A stretch of 64,000 nucleotides of DNA from Candidatus Caldarchaeales archaeon (GTDB lineage: Archaea; Thermoproteota; Nitrososphaeria_A; Caldarchaeales; Calditenuaceae), in assembly GCA_039630085.1 (NCBI GenBank), contig JBCNVM010000001.1, forward strand, positions 30,768 to 94,767. Direction: 5' to 3'. Every line of letters starts with the position of its first letter. The first letter of the stretch is position 1. Of this stretch, positions 34,756-43,905 are shown piece after piece. The position numbers and the translations under genes are program-made. The notes below the pieces were generated by a model that saw nothing but the letters and a program-made list of their open reading frames with translations, ran no database searches and was not told the origin of the DNA.

Positions 34756-34801
34756 GCCTTAGGGTGCCGGTTAATAACGACCGCCGGGACATACCCCCGG
34801 G

Positions 34802-35845
34802 TTGAACGTCGACGAGGTGCTGGTGGAGCTCCTGCGGGTCTACACGCCTAGCGGCCAGGAGGCGGCGCTGGAGCCGTTGATGAGGAGGCTCCAGAGGGAG
34901 CTGGGCTACGACGAGCTCGAGGTCGACTCGGCGGGGAACTACCTCTTCGCGAAGGGGAGCGGCGAGAGGACGATACTGTTCGCGGGCCACGTCGACACGG
35001 TGCCCGGCATGCTCGAGGTGGTGAGGAGGGGCGACAGGATCAAGGGAAGGGGAGCGGTGGACGCGAAGGGCCCGTTCGCGGCGATGCTCTTCGCGGGGTC
35101 GAAGGCCGCCGTGCGGAGGGGCTTCAGGCTCGTGGTGGGAGGACTGGTCGACGAGGAGGGCGAGGGCTCCGGCGCGAAGGCACTCCTCAACTCGGGCTTC
35201 AGGGCCGATCACATCGTCATCGGAGAGCCCACCGGGACCACGGGGGTCGCGATCAGCTACCGGGGCAGCGTAACCCTCGCGCTCACCAGCAGGGGGAGGG
35301 GAGGCCACAGCTCGGCCCCTTACATGGGCGACTCGGCCCTCGACAGACTCCTCGACGCGATAGAGACGATAAGGTCCGTGTTCAACGGGAGGAGTTACGA
35401 CGAGCCGACCTCCGCGGTCACCGTGATCAGAGCCGGGGACTGGCCGACGAGGCTCCCCGAGCACGCGGAGGCCGTTGTGAACATCCGGTTCCCGCCCACG
35501 GTCGAGACCCGCTCGATACTCGAGAGGGTTGAGGCGATCTGCTCGCTCTACGACTGCTCCTTCACCGTGAGGGACGTCACCGAGCCCTTCCAGACCAGCG
35601 TCTCCCAGCCGGTCCCCAGATCCCTCATCAGGTCGATGCTCAAGCTGGGAGTCAGGCCGAGGGTCGTGAAGAAGACGGGGAGCAGCGATATGAACGTCCT
35701 CTGGAAGCTGACGATGAGCATCTCCGCCTGCGGCCCGGGCAACTCGCTCCTCGCCCACACCTCCGAGGAGGAGGTCAGCGTCTCGGACCTCGAGCTGGCC
35801 TCGAGGATCTACGCTGGAGCCGCGGAGGACCTCCAGTCCAGATGA
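34802..35845 (+). CDS. M20-family deacylase: [LysW]-lysine/ornithine hydrolase LysK or acetylornithine deacetylase ArgE
   Basis: 347 aa; ...YTPSGQE...LFAGHVDTVPG...GRGAVDAKG...DEEG...; size typical of archaeal LysK. Confidence 0.8.
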   Translation: MNVDEVLVELLRVYTPSGQEAALEPLMRRLQRELGYDELEVDSAGNYLFAKGSGERTILFAGHVDTVPGMLEVVRRGDRIKGRGAVDAKGPFAAMLFAGSKAAVRRGFRLVVGGLVDEEGEGSGAKALLNSGFRADHIVIGEPTGTTGVAISYRGSVTLALTSRGRGGHSSAPYMGDSALDRLLDAIETIRSVFNGRSYDEPTSAVTVIRAGDWPTRLPEHAEAVVNIRFPPTVETRSILERVEAICSLYDCSFTVRDVTEPFQTSVSQPVPRSLIRSMLKLGVRPRVVKKTGSSDMNVLWKLTMSISACGPGNSLLAHTSEEEVSVSDLELASRIYAGAAEDLQSR

Positions 35846-35854
35846 TCCCGTCGC

Positions 35855-37279
35855 TCAGGGCCCTCTGAGGAGCCTCTCCCTCGTCCTCGCCATATACCCG
35901 AGGGTCTCCTCGGCCCAGGCCCTCAGCTCCCTGGCCTCCCCCGCGAGCTCCGCGCAGGCCCTCTTGACCTCCTCCGGGTGTGACGATCCGATCGCCCTGT
36001 AGGCCCTGAGCGCGCGTCCGGGATCGAGGAAGCCCCTCAGCATCTCGAGCGACTCCTCGTCGAGCCCCAGTGCCCTCCCCTCGGAGACCACGCGACCGAA
36101 GTCCGCGCCCGAGACGACGAGCCTCGAGAGCCTCGCGGCTATGCCGTGGGCACTCCTGAACCCCATCTTGCCCCTGAGCGCCAGCGCCGCCGCGAACTCG
36201 GTCAGCCCCGAGACCGGGTGGACCGCCTCCCTCGCCCTCTCCGTGACCGAGATCCCCGAGAACATCCCCCTCATGACCCTCAGCGTCTCGAGGACCGACC
36301 TCGACGCCGGCCATAGGTGCCTCGTCGACTCCTGGAGGTCGAGGACGTAGCCGCCGAGCCTGCGGTCGACCGTCGCCACGAACCCCACCATCCCCGCGAG
36401 GGCCTTCGGGGAGCAGGTCCTCGCGACCTCCGCCACGACCGGGTTCCTCTTGTGGGGCATGACGCTGCTGGTGGAGCAGTACTCGTCCCCGATCTCGACG
36501 AGTCCCATGCCGACGTACCTCACCACCTCCTCCGCGAGGTCCGACAGCGCGACAGAGAGCCTGCAGAGCGCGCCGAGATACGTTATCGCGAAGTCCCTAG
36601 AAGAGCTGGCCTCGAGGGCGTTTACGGCGACGCGCCTGAACCCTAGGAGCTCCGAGAGGAGGACGCGGTCGTGGGGGACGGAGGTCCCGCCGACCGGCCC
36701 GGCTCCGAGCGGCGACTCGGCGATGTCGTCGTAGAGGGACTTGAGGACCTTCAGGGACTTCAGGAGCCTTGAGGCGTGGGAGCTCAGGACGAAACCGAAC
36801 GTCCCGGGAGCCGCTACCTGCTCGTGGGTGAAGAGCGGGAAGAGGGTCTCCGCGTGGGTTAGGGCCTTCGCGACCAGCTCCTCCGCGAGCCTCGCTCCCT
36901 CCCCGACGATCTCGGCGACGTAACGCATCAGCCTCAGCCTTATCGCCGCCGCGACCGCGTCGTTCCTGCTCTTCCCCAGGGCCAGGTTCTCTCCTGCCTC
37001 CGGTGCCAGAGCCTTGAGGTGCTCCTCGATGACCATGTGGACGTCCTCGAGCCTGTGGTCGGTCATGGGGAGCGCCGACGGTTCCGCCCTCCTTAGCGCG
37101 TCCAGGGCCCTCTCGAGCGTCTCCCGTCCTATCACGCCCATCCTCTCGAGGGAGACCAGGTGTGCCGCGTTGACCATCACGACCTCGTCGAAGATCTCCG
37201 GGTCGACGTCGAGGGACGAGATGTACCTCGCGACCTCCTCGGGCATCTCCGCCTCCAGTCGTCCGGACCTGAACGACAC
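35855..37279 (-). CDS. argH: argininosuccinate lyase
   Basis: Fumarate-lyase superfamily signature GSSVMPHKRNP. N-terminus trimmed to the in-frame GTG at 37279 (MSFRSGRLE...), because the longer track ORF runs antisense through the Sm gene. Confidence 0.88.
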   Translation of the reverse strand: MSFRSGRLEAEMPEEVARYISSLDVDPEIFDEVVMVNAAHLVSLERMGVIGRETLERALDALRRAEPSALPMTDHRLEDVHMVIEEHLKALAPEAGENLALGKSRNDAVAAAIRLRLMRYVAEIVGEGARLAEELVAKALTHAETLFPLFTHEQVAAPGTFGFVLSSHASRLLKSLKVLKSLYDDIAESPLGAGPVGGTSVPHDRVLLSELLGFRRVAVNALEASSSRDFAITYLGALCRLSVALSDLAEEVVRYVGMGLVEIGDEYCSTSSVMPHKRNPVVAEVARTCSPKALAGMVGFVATVDRRLGGYVLDLQESTRHLWPASRSVLETLRVMRGMFSGISVTERAREAVHPVSGLTEFAAALALRGKMGFRSAHGIAARLSRLVVSGADFGRVVSEGRALGLDEESLEMLRGFLDPGRALRAYRAIGSSHPEEVKRACAELAGEARELRAWAEETLGYMARTRERLLRGP

Positions 37280-37378
37280 GGCCCTTCGGGGACCGAGCCC
37301 GTTATCACCGTTTTCCCGTCCCGTCCTCTGTTGCCAGCAGATTAATATGGACCGTTCAGGCGAAGACCGTGTGCGGAC

Positions 37379-37627
37379 ATGTCGGCCGACATCACGCTGA
37401 AGCTCCTGAACAGGAGCCTCGGGAACCAGGTGCTGATCAAGCTGAGGAGCGGCAGGATGATAAGGGGGGTCCTGATAGGCTTCGATCAGCACATGAACGT
37501 CGTCCTGAACCCCGCGGAGGAGGTCAACCAAGACGGGAGCGCGAACAGGCTGGGCACGGTCATCCTGAGGGGCGACAACATCGTGATGATCTCCCCCGGC
37601 CAGCTGAGGGAGGATGAGCAGAGGTGA
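37379..37627 (+). CDS. Sm-like archaeal protein (SmAP/LSm)
   Basis: 82 aa; Sm1/Sm2 motifs: VLIKLRSGRMIRGVLIGFDQHMNVVL...ILRGDNIVMI. Confidence 0.92.
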   Translation: MSADITLKLLNRSLGNQVLIKLRSGRMIRGVLIGFDQHMNVVLNPAEEVNQDGSANRLGTVILRGDNIVMISPGQLREDEQR

Positions 37628-37797
37628 CGAAGGGAACCCCCTCGATGGGGAAGTTCAAGACGCCGACGCACGCGAGGTGCCGGAGGTGCGGAAGGAGGTC
37701 CTTCCACTACAGGTCGAGGAGGTGCGCGCACTGCGGCTTCCCCGACCCGAAGTGGAGGAAGTACAGGTGGACGAATAGCCTGAAGGAGAGGACGTAA
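37624..37797 (+). CDS. rpl37e: 50S ribosomal protein L37e (57 aa; below the ORF-track cutoff)
   Basis: My translation from the GTG at 37624, which overlaps the Sm stop as GTGA: MTKGTPSMGKFKTPTHARCRRCGRRSFHYRSRRCAHCGFPDPKWRKYRW.... This matches the L37e zinc-ribbon consensus and the classic Sm-L37e operon. Confidence 0.9.
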   Translation: MTKGTPSMGKFKTPTHARCRRCGRRSFHYRSRRCAHCGFPDPKWRKYRWTNSLKERT

Positions 37798-37802
37798 TCG
37801 CC

Positions 37803-38387
37803 TCAGAGCCTCGCAAGCTCCTCCAACAGCTCCAGGACCTTCCTCCCGCTCTCCGTGAGCCTGTAGGTCCTACCCCGCTCGTCGACCAGCTCTATCAGCC
37901 CATACTTGCCCAAGACCTCGACGTGCCTGTCGACGGTCTTCCAGTCCATCCCCAGCTCCTCCGCGAGCTGGTTCCTGTTCATGGGCTCGTTCAGCCTCTT
38001 GAGGATCTCGACCCTAGTCCTCGCGCCCTTCATCCTGACCAGCAGCCTGAAGACGTCGTAGTCGAAGTAACTCCTCGTCCAGACCCTCCTCACGTAACCC
38101 TTGAACGCCACCATCCCCGCGAAGGCCGCCCACGTGCCTGCCGCGCCGACCAGCAGGGCCGGAGACGGTCCGGACGCGACCAAGGCCCCCTCCCTCCCGA
38201 ACGCCCTCGCGACTCCTGCTTCGTCCCGCCTCTCCTCCCCCTCCCGCTCCGGGACTTGAGCGGGCTGCTGCGGAGGCCAAGACGTGACCAGCAGCAGGCT
38301 GAGGGCTACCGCCGCGACGGCCAGCGCTACCGTCGCATAATCGTACCACCTGCTCGTCACCGCGACGACCGCCCTCTCCACCCTCAA
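37803..38387 (-). CDS. membrane-anchored winged-helix (ArsR-like) transcriptional regulator
   Basis: 194 aa; two N-terminal hydrophobic segments, then RTRVEILKRLNEPMNRNQLAEELGMDWKTVDRHVEVLGKYGLIE. Confidence 0.7.
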   Translation of the reverse strand: MRVERAVVAVTSRWYDYATVALAVAAVALSLLLVTSWPPQQPAQVPEREGEERRDEAGVARAFGREGALVASGPSPALLVGAAGTWAAFAGMVAFKGYVRRVWTRSYFDYDVFRLLVRMKGARTRVEILKRLNEPMNRNQLAEELGMDWKTVDRHVEVLGKYGLIELVDERGRTYRLTESGRKVLELLEELARL

Positions 38388-38410
38388 CCCCGATCTCCTG
38401 ACACGTCGGT

Positions 38411-38440
38411 GAATATTTCTGAATTTTCCCGAATTTCATA
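38411..38440. promoter_or_regulatory. three tandem 10-bp repeats (GAATATTTCT / GAATTTTCCC / GAATTTCATA) in a divergent promoter region
   Basis: Read directly. Exact 10-bp phasing, starting 24 nt upstream of the regulator start at 38387. Confidence 0.5.
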
Positions 38441-38494
38441 GCAACTGTAACGCTCTGGCAAAAGTAGACATATACACTGCGCGGTAGTTTAGTC

Positions 38495-39259
38495 GTGAGC
38501 GGTGGGACCGGATTGAGCAGGGCATTAGACCTAGCGCTGATCGCTGCGATAGTGGTGCTCGCGTTCGGACTGGTGGTGCTGGCGTCGGGCGACAGGACCG
38601 TGCAGGTGGTCTCGAGGAACGAAGGCAAGGACTACACGATTACGGTCACGGGCTCGGCCTCGGCGAGGGTCGTCCCCGATGAGGCCAGGGTAATCGTGGG
38701 AGTCGTGGCTAAGGCGCAGAGCGCGTCGGAGGCGATGGGGCTCGCTTCGGAGGCGGCGAACAGGGTGATCTCGGCGCTGACCAGATTGGGGCTCAGAGAG
38801 GGGGACCTCAAGACCGTCAGACTCCACGTCGGGCCCTACTACGACTGCAGCTCCGGCCGGTGCGTGCAGAGCGGTTACGTCGCGAACAACATGATCGAGG
38901 TGACGCTGAGGGGCGCTTTCGTGGGCAGAGCGGGCGAGGTACTCGACGCGGCCGTGAACGCGGGAGCGAACGAGATCTTCGGCGTGAGTTTCTACGTCTC
39001 CAAGGAGATGAGGAGCCAAATGGCGAAGGACCTGCTAAGGGCTGCGGTCTCGGACGCCCGCGCGAAGGCCGAGCAGGTCGCGAGGGAGCTCGGGCTCAGG
39101 GTAGTGGGCGTTTCATGGGTAAGCGTGGACCTCCAAGAGCCGCTCCCGCAGGCCGTCCCCGCCGAGGGGGTGCGCGCCGCTCCGGAGACAGTGCCCGTGA
39201 TGCCCGGCGAGCAGGAGTTCAGGGTGACGGTCTCGGTATCCTTCAGAATCGGCGACTAG
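38495..39259 (+). CDS. SIMPL-domain (DUF541) exported protein
   Basis: 254 aa; N-terminal TM; ITVTGSASARVVPDEARV...; C-terminal ...PGEQEFRVTVSVSF is typical of the SIMPL family. Confidence 0.75.
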   Translation: MSGGTGLSRALDLALIAAIVVLAFGLVVLASGDRTVQVVSRNEGKDYTITVTGSASARVVPDEARVIVGVVAKAQSASEAMGLASEAANRVISALTRLGLREGDLKTVRLHVGPYYDCSSGRCVQSGYVANNMIEVTLRGAFVGRAGEVLDAAVNAGANEIFGVSFYVSKEMRSQMAKDLLRAAVSDARAKAEQVARELGLRVVGVSWVSVDLQEPLPQAVPAEGVRAAPETVPVMPGEQEFRVTVSVSFRIGD

Positions 39260-41973
39260 GAGCTCAAGAGCTTCCTCAACACGTAGTTCAGAATTCCTCC
39301 GTTTCTGTAGTACTCGACCTCAATCGGGGTGTCGAGCCTCGCTATCGCGTTGAACTCGATGACCGAACCGTCGGCCTTCTTAGCCCTTACCAACAGCCTC
39401 TTCCTCGGGTGAAGGCCCTCGGAGATCCCGAGGACGTCGATGGTCTCGGTCCCGTCGAGCCCCAAGCTCTTCCAGCTCTGGCCTTGCTCGAACTGGAGCG
39501 GAAGGACCCCCATTCCGACGAGGTTGCTCCTGTGGATCCTCTCGAAGCTCTCGGCGATCACGACCTTCACCCCGAGCAGATGGACGCCCTTAGCCGCCCA
39601 GTCCCTCGAGCTGCCGGTTCCGTACTGTTTGCCCGCGAGGACCAAGAGCGGCACCCCCTCGTCCCTGTACCTCATTGCGGCCTCGTAAACGCTCGTCACC
39701 TCTCCGGTCGGGAGGTATTTGGTCCACCAGCCCTCCCTCCCGGGGACCAGGAGGTTCTTCAGCCTCACGTTCGCGAACGTGCCCCTCATCATCACCTCGT
39801 GGTTGCCCCTCCTCGCGCCGTAGGTGTTGAAGTCGTCGGGCGTCACCCCGAGGGACCTCAGGTACTCTCCGGCGGGGCTCCCGGGCAGTATCGCTCCGGC
39901 GGGCGAGATGTGGTCGGTCGTGATCCTGTCGCCGAGCAGGACGAGGACTCTGGCTCCGACGATGTCCTCGGGTTCCTTAGGCTTCAGCGAGAAGCCCTCG
40001 AAGAAGGGCGGCTCCCTGATGTATGTCGAGCTCGGGTCCCACTCGAAGACCTCGCCGGTCGGGGCCTCGAGCGCCCTCCACCTCTCGTCGCCCCTGAAGA
40101 CGTCCGCGTACTTCCTCCTGAAGAGCTCGGGGCTGACGGACCTCTCTATCACGTCCGCGATCTCCCTCATCGAGGGCCAGATGTCCCTCAGGTAGACCGG
40201 CTTCCCCTCCCCGTCGAGGGCCAGAGGCTCCTCCGTGACGTCGATGTCGACCCTGCCCGCTATCGCGTACGCCACGACCAGCATCGGAGAGGCCAGGAAG
40301 TTGCCCCTGACCTGCGGGTGAATCCTTCCCTCGAAGTTCCTGTTGCCGCTCAGGACGGAGAACGTGATCAGGTTGTGCCTCTCGATCGCCTCCGCGACCG
40401 GCTGGGGCAGAGGGCCGCTGTTCCCGATGCAGGTGGTGCACCCGTAGCCCACCAGCGTGAACCCCAGTTTCTCGAGGTACCGGTAGAGCCCAGTCTCTCT
40501 GAGGTACTCCATGACGACCTGGGACCCAGGCGCGAGACTCGTCTTGACGTAAGCGGGGACCGAAAGCCCCCTCTCGACGGCCTTCTTCGCGAGGAGCCCG
40601 GCGCCGACCATCACGGTAGGGTTGGAGGTGTTGGTGCAGCTCGTGATCGCCGCGATCACCAACGACCCGTCCCTGAGCTCATGGGTCTGCCCGTTCAGCG
40701 TCACCTTGACGGAGACCGCTCCGGCAGTCCCCGCGCCCCCTTCGCCCTCCCACCTGTTGACGCCAACCTCCTGCGCCGCGAGGCCCCTGCTCCTCCTGAC
40801 GTACTCCGTGACGATCCTCTTCAGCCGTTTGATGTCCAGCCTGTCCTCGGGGTTCGCGGGCCCCGCGAGGCTCGGCTCCACGCCCGAGAGGTCCAGCTCG
40901 ACGACCTCGGTGTACGCCCCCCTCCACTCGTAGTCCTCCAGGAACAGCCTCTGCACCCTCGCGTAGGCCTCGACGAGCCTCACCCTCTCCTCGCTCCTCC
41001 CGGTCAGCCTGAGGTAGGAGAGCGTGTGACCGTCGATCGGGAAGAAGCCCACCGTCGCTCCGTACTCGGGGGCCATGTTCGCGACCGTCGCCCTGTCGGG
41101 GACCGTGATGTTCCTGAGGCCCGGCCCGAAGAACTCGACGAACTTCCCCACCACGTCGTTCTTCCTGAGGAGCTCCGTCACCGTGAGGACGAGGTCCGTC
41201 GCGGTCACGCCCTCCCTCAGCTCCCCGACCAGCCTCACGCCCACGACCTCGGGCACCGTCATGTAGTAGGGCTGGCCGAGCATCACGGCCTCCGCCTCTA
41301 TCCCGCCAACTCCCCACCCGAGGACCCCGAGGCCGTTTACCATCGGCGTGTGCGAGTCGGTGCCGAGGACCGTGTCTGGGAAGGCGACCCTGAACCCGTC
41401 CTGGACCCTGTCGTCGACGACGGTCGCTAGGTACTCGAGGTTCACCTGGTGGACGATCCCTGTTCCCGGAGGGACGACCTGGAAGTTCGAGAAGGCGTTC
41501 TGGGCCCACTTCAGCAGCTGGTATCTCTCCCTGTTCCTCTCGTACTCGAGCTCGAGGTTGAGGGCGAAGGCGTCGGCCCTCCTGAAGAAGTCGACCTGGA
41601 TCGAGTGGTCGACGACCAGGTGGACCGGGACCTGCGGGTTGATCAGCCTCGGATCCCTGTTCAGCCTCTTCGCGACGCCCCTCATGGCCGCGAGGTCTAC
41701 GATCAGCGGGACTCCTGTGAAGTCCTGGAGGAGGACTCTGCTCGGGTAGAAGGGGATCTCCTCGACCGTGCTAGGTCCGGCGCCCCAGTGCCCCACCGCC
41801 CTTACCTCATCCTCGGTGACCACGCCGTTGCCGAGGTGCCTGTAGAGGTTCTCGAGCAGCACCCTGACCGAGAAAGGTAATTTGTCGACGTCCTTCGCGA
41901 GCCCGACCTCCTCGAGCTCCCTCAGAGGGTAGTACCTGAACTTCCCAAAGGGAAGGCCCAGCTCCCCCGGCAT
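39256..41973 (-). CDS. acnA: aconitate hydratase (AcnA/IRP type)
   Basis: 905 aa; full-length aconitase blocks, e.g. GTDSHTPM, ITSCTNTSNP, GCTTCIGNSG, and the swivel domain. Confidence 0.96.
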   Translation of the reverse strand: MPGELGLPFGKFRYYPLRELEEVGLAKDVDKLPFSVRVLLENLYRHLGNGVVTEDEVRAVGHWGAGPSTVEEIPFYPSRVLLQDFTGVPLIVDLAAMRGVAKRLNRDPRLINPQVPVHLVVDHSIQVDFFRRADAFALNLELEYERNRERYQLLKWAQNAFSNFQVVPPGTGIVHQVNLEYLATVVDDRVQDGFRVAFPDTVLGTDSHTPMVNGLGVLGWGVGGIEAEAVMLGQPYYMTVPEVVGVRLVGELREGVTATDLVLTVTELLRKNDVVGKFVEFFGPGLRNITVPDRATVANMAPEYGATVGFFPIDGHTLSYLRLTGRSEERVRLVEAYARVQRLFLEDYEWRGAYTEVVELDLSGVEPSLAGPANPEDRLDIKRLKRIVTEYVRRSRGLAAQEVGVNRWEGEGGAGTAGAVSVKVTLNGQTHELRDGSLVIAAITSCTNTSNPTVMVGAGLLAKKAVERGLSVPAYVKTSLAPGSQVVMEYLRETGLYRYLEKLGFTLVGYGCTTCIGNSGPLPQPVAEAIERHNLITFSVLSGNRNFEGRIHPQVRGNFLASPMLVVAYAIAGRVDIDVTEEPLALDGEGKPVYLRDIWPSMREIADVIERSVSPELFRRKYADVFRGDERWRALEAPTGEVFEWDPSSTYIREPPFFEGFSLKPKEPEDIVGARVLVLLGDRITTDHISPAGAILPGSPAGEYLRSLGVTPDDFNTYGARRGNHEVMMRGTFANVRLKNLLVPGREGWWTKYLPTGEVTSVYEAAMRYRDEGVPLLVLAGKQYGTGSSRDWAAKGVHLLGVKVVIAESFERIHRSNLVGMGVLPLQFEQGQSWKSLGLDGTETIDVLGISEGLHPRKRLLVRAKKADGSVIEFNAIARLDTPIEVEYYRNGGILNYVLRKLLSS

Positions 41974-42034
41974 CCCGCACCGGTCGCTCAGACGCTCGTT
42001 ATATAAGTTGAGACCCGGAGCGGAGGACGCGAGC

Positions 42035-42643
42035 TCACCTGCGGGCGCAGACGCCGACGAAGTTCCTCAGGACCCTCCTCCCGGTCTCGCCGGACTTCTC
42101 GGGGTGGAACTGAGTGCCGAAGACGTTGCCGGACCCGACGATCGATGGGAACGCGTAGCCGCCGTACTCCGTCGTCGCGAGGACGATCGAGCGGTCCCTA
42201 GGATCGGGCGCGTAGGAGTGGACGAAGTAGACCCAATCGCCCGAGGAGATCCCCTCGAGGAGTTCAGACTCCCTGATGACTCTGAGCCTGTTCCAGCCGA
42301 TGTGCGGGAGCTTCGCCGAGGTCCTCAGCCTCACCACCCTTCCCCCGAAGACCGAGAGCCCCCTCCCCTCTCCCTCCTCGCTCCCCTCGAAGAGCAGCTG
42401 CATCCCGAGGCAGATCCCGAGCGTCGGCGTGCCCGAGCCCACCAGCTCGAGGACCGCGTCCCTCTGGGCCGCGAGGTTGACTGCCCCCTCCGTGAAGTTC
42501 CCGACGCCGGGCAGCACGAGCCCGTCGAGCTCCGCCCGGTCGAGGGACTCGAGCAGCTCGACCTCGGCGCCCAGCCTCCTGAGGGCGCTGACGACGCTGA
42601 AGAGGTTCCCGACGCCGTAGTTCAGGACGCCTATCCTCGGCAA
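42035..42643 (-). CDS. hisH: imidazole glycerol-phosphate synthase, glutaminase subunit HisH
   Basis: 202 aa; IGVLNYGVGNLFSV, GICLGMQLL (Cys nucleophile), YFVHSY, GTQFHPEKS. Confidence 0.88.
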   Translation of the reverse strand: MPRIGVLNYGVGNLFSVVSALRRLGAEVELLESLDRAELDGLVLPGVGNFTEGAVNLAAQRDAVLELVGSGTPTLGICLGMQLLFEGSEEGEGRGLSVFGGRVVRLRTSAKLPHIGWNRLRVIRESELLEGISSGDWVYFVHSYAPDPRDRSIVLATTEYGGYAFPSIVGSGNVFGTQFHPEKSGETGRRVLRNFVGVCARR

Positions 42644-42708
42644 CCTCAGGATCGGGCCCCAGGGGCGCTAAAGAGGTTATTCACGGTTCAAATCCTCCGG
42701 GAGCCGGT

Positions 42709-43146
42709 ATGGATCGGGTGGTCGGGATGAAGGTCGCGACCTACGAGTTCAGGCTCCGGACGAGGGGCGAGGGCGACGTGCTGGACGTCACGGACCGGGT
42801 CGCCGAGGCGGTCTCGAGGTCGGGCGTGAAGGAGGGGATGGCGAACGCCTTCGTCGCGGGCTCGACCGCGGCGGTCTCGACGATGGAGTACGAGCCCGGG
42901 CTGATCGAGGACCTCCCAAGGATGCTGGAGCACGTCGCTCCGAAGTCCGAGGTCTACAAGCACCACCTCCGCTGGGGCGACGACAACGGCCACTCCCACG
43001 TCAGGGCCACGATCATAGGGCCCAGCGTCACGGTCCCGGTCAGCGGCGGGAGGCCTCTGCTCGGGACGTGGCAGCAGGTCGTACTCATCGAGCTCGACAC
43101 GAGGCCGCGGGAGAGGAGACTGATCGTTACGGTCATGGGCGAGTGA
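42709..43146 (+). CDS. YjbQ/UPF0047 family protein (secondary thiamine-phosphate synthase-like)
   Basis: 145 aa; ...DVTD.V...SGVKEGMANAFV.GSTAAV.T.EYEPGL..D......NGHSHVRA...GPS...PV..G...LGTWQ...LIELD. The start may be the ATG at 42727. Confidence 0.85.
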   Translation: MDRVVGMKVATYEFRLRTRGEGDVLDVTDRVAEAVSRSGVKEGMANAFVAGSTAAVSTMEYEPGLIEDLPRMLEHVAPKSEVYKHHLRWGDDNGHSHVRATIIGPSVTVPVSGGRPLLGTWQQVVLIELDTRPRERRLIVTVMGE

Positions 43147-43191
43147 CCAGCGGGAACTCGCCGACCTGCCCGCAGGTGCCAGGTGCTCCGG

Positions 43192-43857
43192 TCAGCCCGT
43201 GAGGGACCTGAGGGCTAGGATCACGGCGAGGGCAGTGGCCGGGACGATCACGTTGTCGTCGACCGGCCCGAACTCGAACCTCTCGACCAGCGAGGCCAGC
43301 AGCCCAGCCACGGCGCCGGGGACGCCGAGGACCGCGAAACCGTACGGAACGCAGAACCCCATCATCGCGAGGTTCCCCATGAAGGCCTTCGTCCTCCTTC
43401 GGTGGAGGGCGTTCCTTACGAAGCCCGTGACGCCGTCGCCCACCGCCATGAACATCACCGGCACTACGGCGAGCCAGAGGTCGTTCAGGAGGAACCCGAC
43501 GAACACGACCGCTCCCCACATCAGTATGAAGTTGACCTCGTACATGTTCTCCTTCACTTGGTACCAATAGAACAGCTTCCCCCTCAGATGTGGGAGAAGG
43601 TTGCCGATCGCCAGCACCGCGACCATCAGCCCGATCATCGTGTAAGACTTGTAGAGATAGGGGACGAGCGCCGCGACAACGCCTCCGGCCAGCACGTGGA
43701 TGACCTTGCGGTTGTAATATACCGCGACGTGGTGCTCCGAGCCCCTCCTCCTCATCGCTTCGTAGGTCCACTTGGTGAGGACCAGTGCGACGAAGAGCAC
43801 CCAACTCAGAAGCACGGCGGTGTAGATAACCTCCTCAACGGAGGGCACTGACAGCAC
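43192..43857 (-). CDS. polytopic membrane protein, CTP-dependent polyprenol/dolichol kinase-like (cytidylyltransferase superfamily)
   Basis: 221 aa, about 6 TM; NRKVIHVLAG, AVGDGVTGFVRN and K..GNLAMM motifs resemble dolichol/phytol kinases. Confidence 0.45.
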   Translation of the reverse strand: MLSVPSVEEVIYTAVLLSWVLFVALVLTKWTYEAMRRRGSEHHVAVYYNRKVIHVLAGGVVAALVPYLYKSYTMIGLMVAVLAIGNLLPHLRGKLFYWYQVKENMYEVNFILMWGAVVFVGFLLNDLWLAVVPVMFMAVGDGVTGFVRNALHRRRTKAFMGNLAMMGFCVPYGFAVLGVPGAVAGLLASLVERFEFGPVDDNVIVPATALAVILALRSLTG

Positions 43858-43905
43858 GAGTTCTCTGTTGTTGGGCTCCGTATAAGGAGTTGCGGGGTTT
43901 CCTCC

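Noticed and set aside
38860-41430. 856-aa plus-strand ORF, the longest of many long ORFs in the track with R/P/G/E/D-rich translations.
   Set aside because: It lies entirely antisense to the full-length aconitase gene and has non-protein-like low-complexity composition. It is a typical stop-poor antisense frame of GC-rich DNA. The same reasoning applies to 31273-32757(+), 54036-55703(+), 56751-58139(-), 28614-29585(+), 29207-30226(+), 15378-16139(-), 17555-18127(-), 19498-20463(-) and the many shorter overlapping ORFs.
42035-42643. Glutamine amidotransferase considered as PdxT, the partner of the nearby pdxS.
   Set aside because: The motifs (NYGVGNL, GICLGMQ, YFVHSY, GTQFHPEKS) are HisH-type rather than PdxT-type, and the gene is 1.3 kb and two genes away from pdxS.
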